IMG/VR virus record: IMGVR_UViG_3300027763_000036
Span: 49,522 to 113,521 of that record
Strand: one strand, 5' to 3'
DNA from: a virus
DNA: 64,000 nt
How positions within the stretch are numbered: position 1 is the stretch's first letter; each line of letters begins with the position of its first letter. The position numbers and the translations under genes are program-made. Below are positions 63,487 through 64,000 of the stretch, piece by piece. The notes beneath the pieces are model-generated. The model made no database searches. It saw nothing but the letters and a program-made list of their open reading frames with translations, and had not been told where the DNA came from.

Positions 63487-63655
63487 CTCCATCTTCATGG
63501 TCCCCAGTCCATTCACAATCGTTATAAGCATTTACAATCTGCTCTTTCTCCATCTCTTTTGCTTGTTCTATTAAATAATTATTCGGTGGTAAATCAAGCA
63601 TTTCTACCAACCACTCTACTGCTGTTTTCATCTTACTTCTTTTTAAATTGTTCAA
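63455..63655 (-). CDS. Small protein of the 'TAVEWL...AKEMEKEQI...QYYxETF' family
   Basis: Motifs read directly; likely start at MKTAVEW (63631). Confidence 0.7.
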   Translation of the reverse strand: MNNLKRSKMKTAVEWLVEMLDLPPNNYLIEQAKEMEKEQIVNAYNDCEWTGDHEDGEQYYKETFNK

Positions 63656-63869
63656 ACCATTTCTCTAATAGTTTTGGGTTAGAAACTTTATTGTTTAAAA
63701 CTTGCCCACTTAAATCATAAAGCAATTGATAAACTTCTTCCTCACTATACATTCTTTCTGCTTGCCATTTAGCACCAGCTATAAATGCTTCATATGATGC
63801 TGCTTCAGATACTAATGTACAGTCATTTGCATAATTTTCAGCAGCTTCTTCAAGTGTTTCTTTTTTCAT
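63633..63869 (-). CDS. Small protein of the 'ETLEEAA...GAKWQAERMYSEEEV...WFEQFKKK' family
   Basis: Motifs read directly. Confidence 0.7.
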   Translation of the reverse strand: MKKETLEEAAENYANDCTLVSEAASYEAFIAGAKWQAERMYSEEEVYQLLYDLSGQVLNNKVSNPKLLEKWFEQFKKK

Positions 63870-63887
63870 TCTATTCTGATTTAAAGG

Positions 63888-64000
63888 TTAATAATTATTA
63901 TCCCCACAAATAGTACATTCAAAATGAGTATCTGATGTATATTTTCTTTCTGATAATGGATGATAACATTTCTTCTGCTCCTTCTCCATTGCTTTGGCTT
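63888..64000 (-). CDS. Partial small protein: AKAMEKEQ followed by a CxH...CxxC Zn-finger-like tail
   Basis: Manual translation: ...AKAMEKEQKKCYHPLSERKYTSDTHFECTICGDNNY*; runs off the window end. Confidence 0.55.
   Translation of the reverse strand, partial: AKAMEKEQKKCYHPLSERKYTSDTHFECTICGDNNY

Noticed and set aside
1-64000. Stop-codon reassignment (TAG/TGA), known in some crAss-like phages
   Set aside because: Genes are full-length and tightly packed under the standard code; TAG terminates genes at 39743 and 43285 at sensible positions.
1-64000. tRNA/rRNA genes, self-splicing introns, inteins, integrase or transposase
   Set aside because: Intergenic gaps are too short and lack cloverleaf motifs; PolB, primase, helicase and RNAP motifs are contiguous; no recombinase motifs seen.

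Overview
AT-rich dsDNA phage genome segment read in the standard code, most consistent with a crAss-like (Crassvirales-related) podovirus of Bacteroidota. 1-43285 (+) is the virion module: ring and muzzle-type tail proteins, three low-complexity 'xxxGG'-punctuated internal proteins, and four large ejected/cargo proteins. One of these is a 4438-aa virion RNA polymerase (GSDFDGD, zincin HEAWH) whose C-terminus carries an array of accessory domains separated by a short DNA direct repeat. 43312-64000 (mostly -) is the replication/accessory module: MazG-like NTP pyrophosphatase, DUF932-like protein, PolB, PD-(D/E)xK nuclease, MoxR AAA+/vWA pair, GIY-YIG, primase, SSB-like, Sak4-like, DnaB, UNG, NinB-like, a metallophosphoesterase and small variable genes. 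Most notable observations: (1) repeat-bounded effector-like cassettes (AlkB-like, DUF4326-like, SLOG) on the vRNAP; (2) near-cysteine-free giant cargo proteins whose Cys residues sit at adjoining termini, suggesting head-to-tail linkage; (3) Gly-Gly motifs that delimit modules of internal polyproteins; (4) one unnamed domain carried by two different virion proteins; (5) a bipartite palindrome+TATATTTATA promoter-like element. All family assignments are by motif recognition only; no searches were run.
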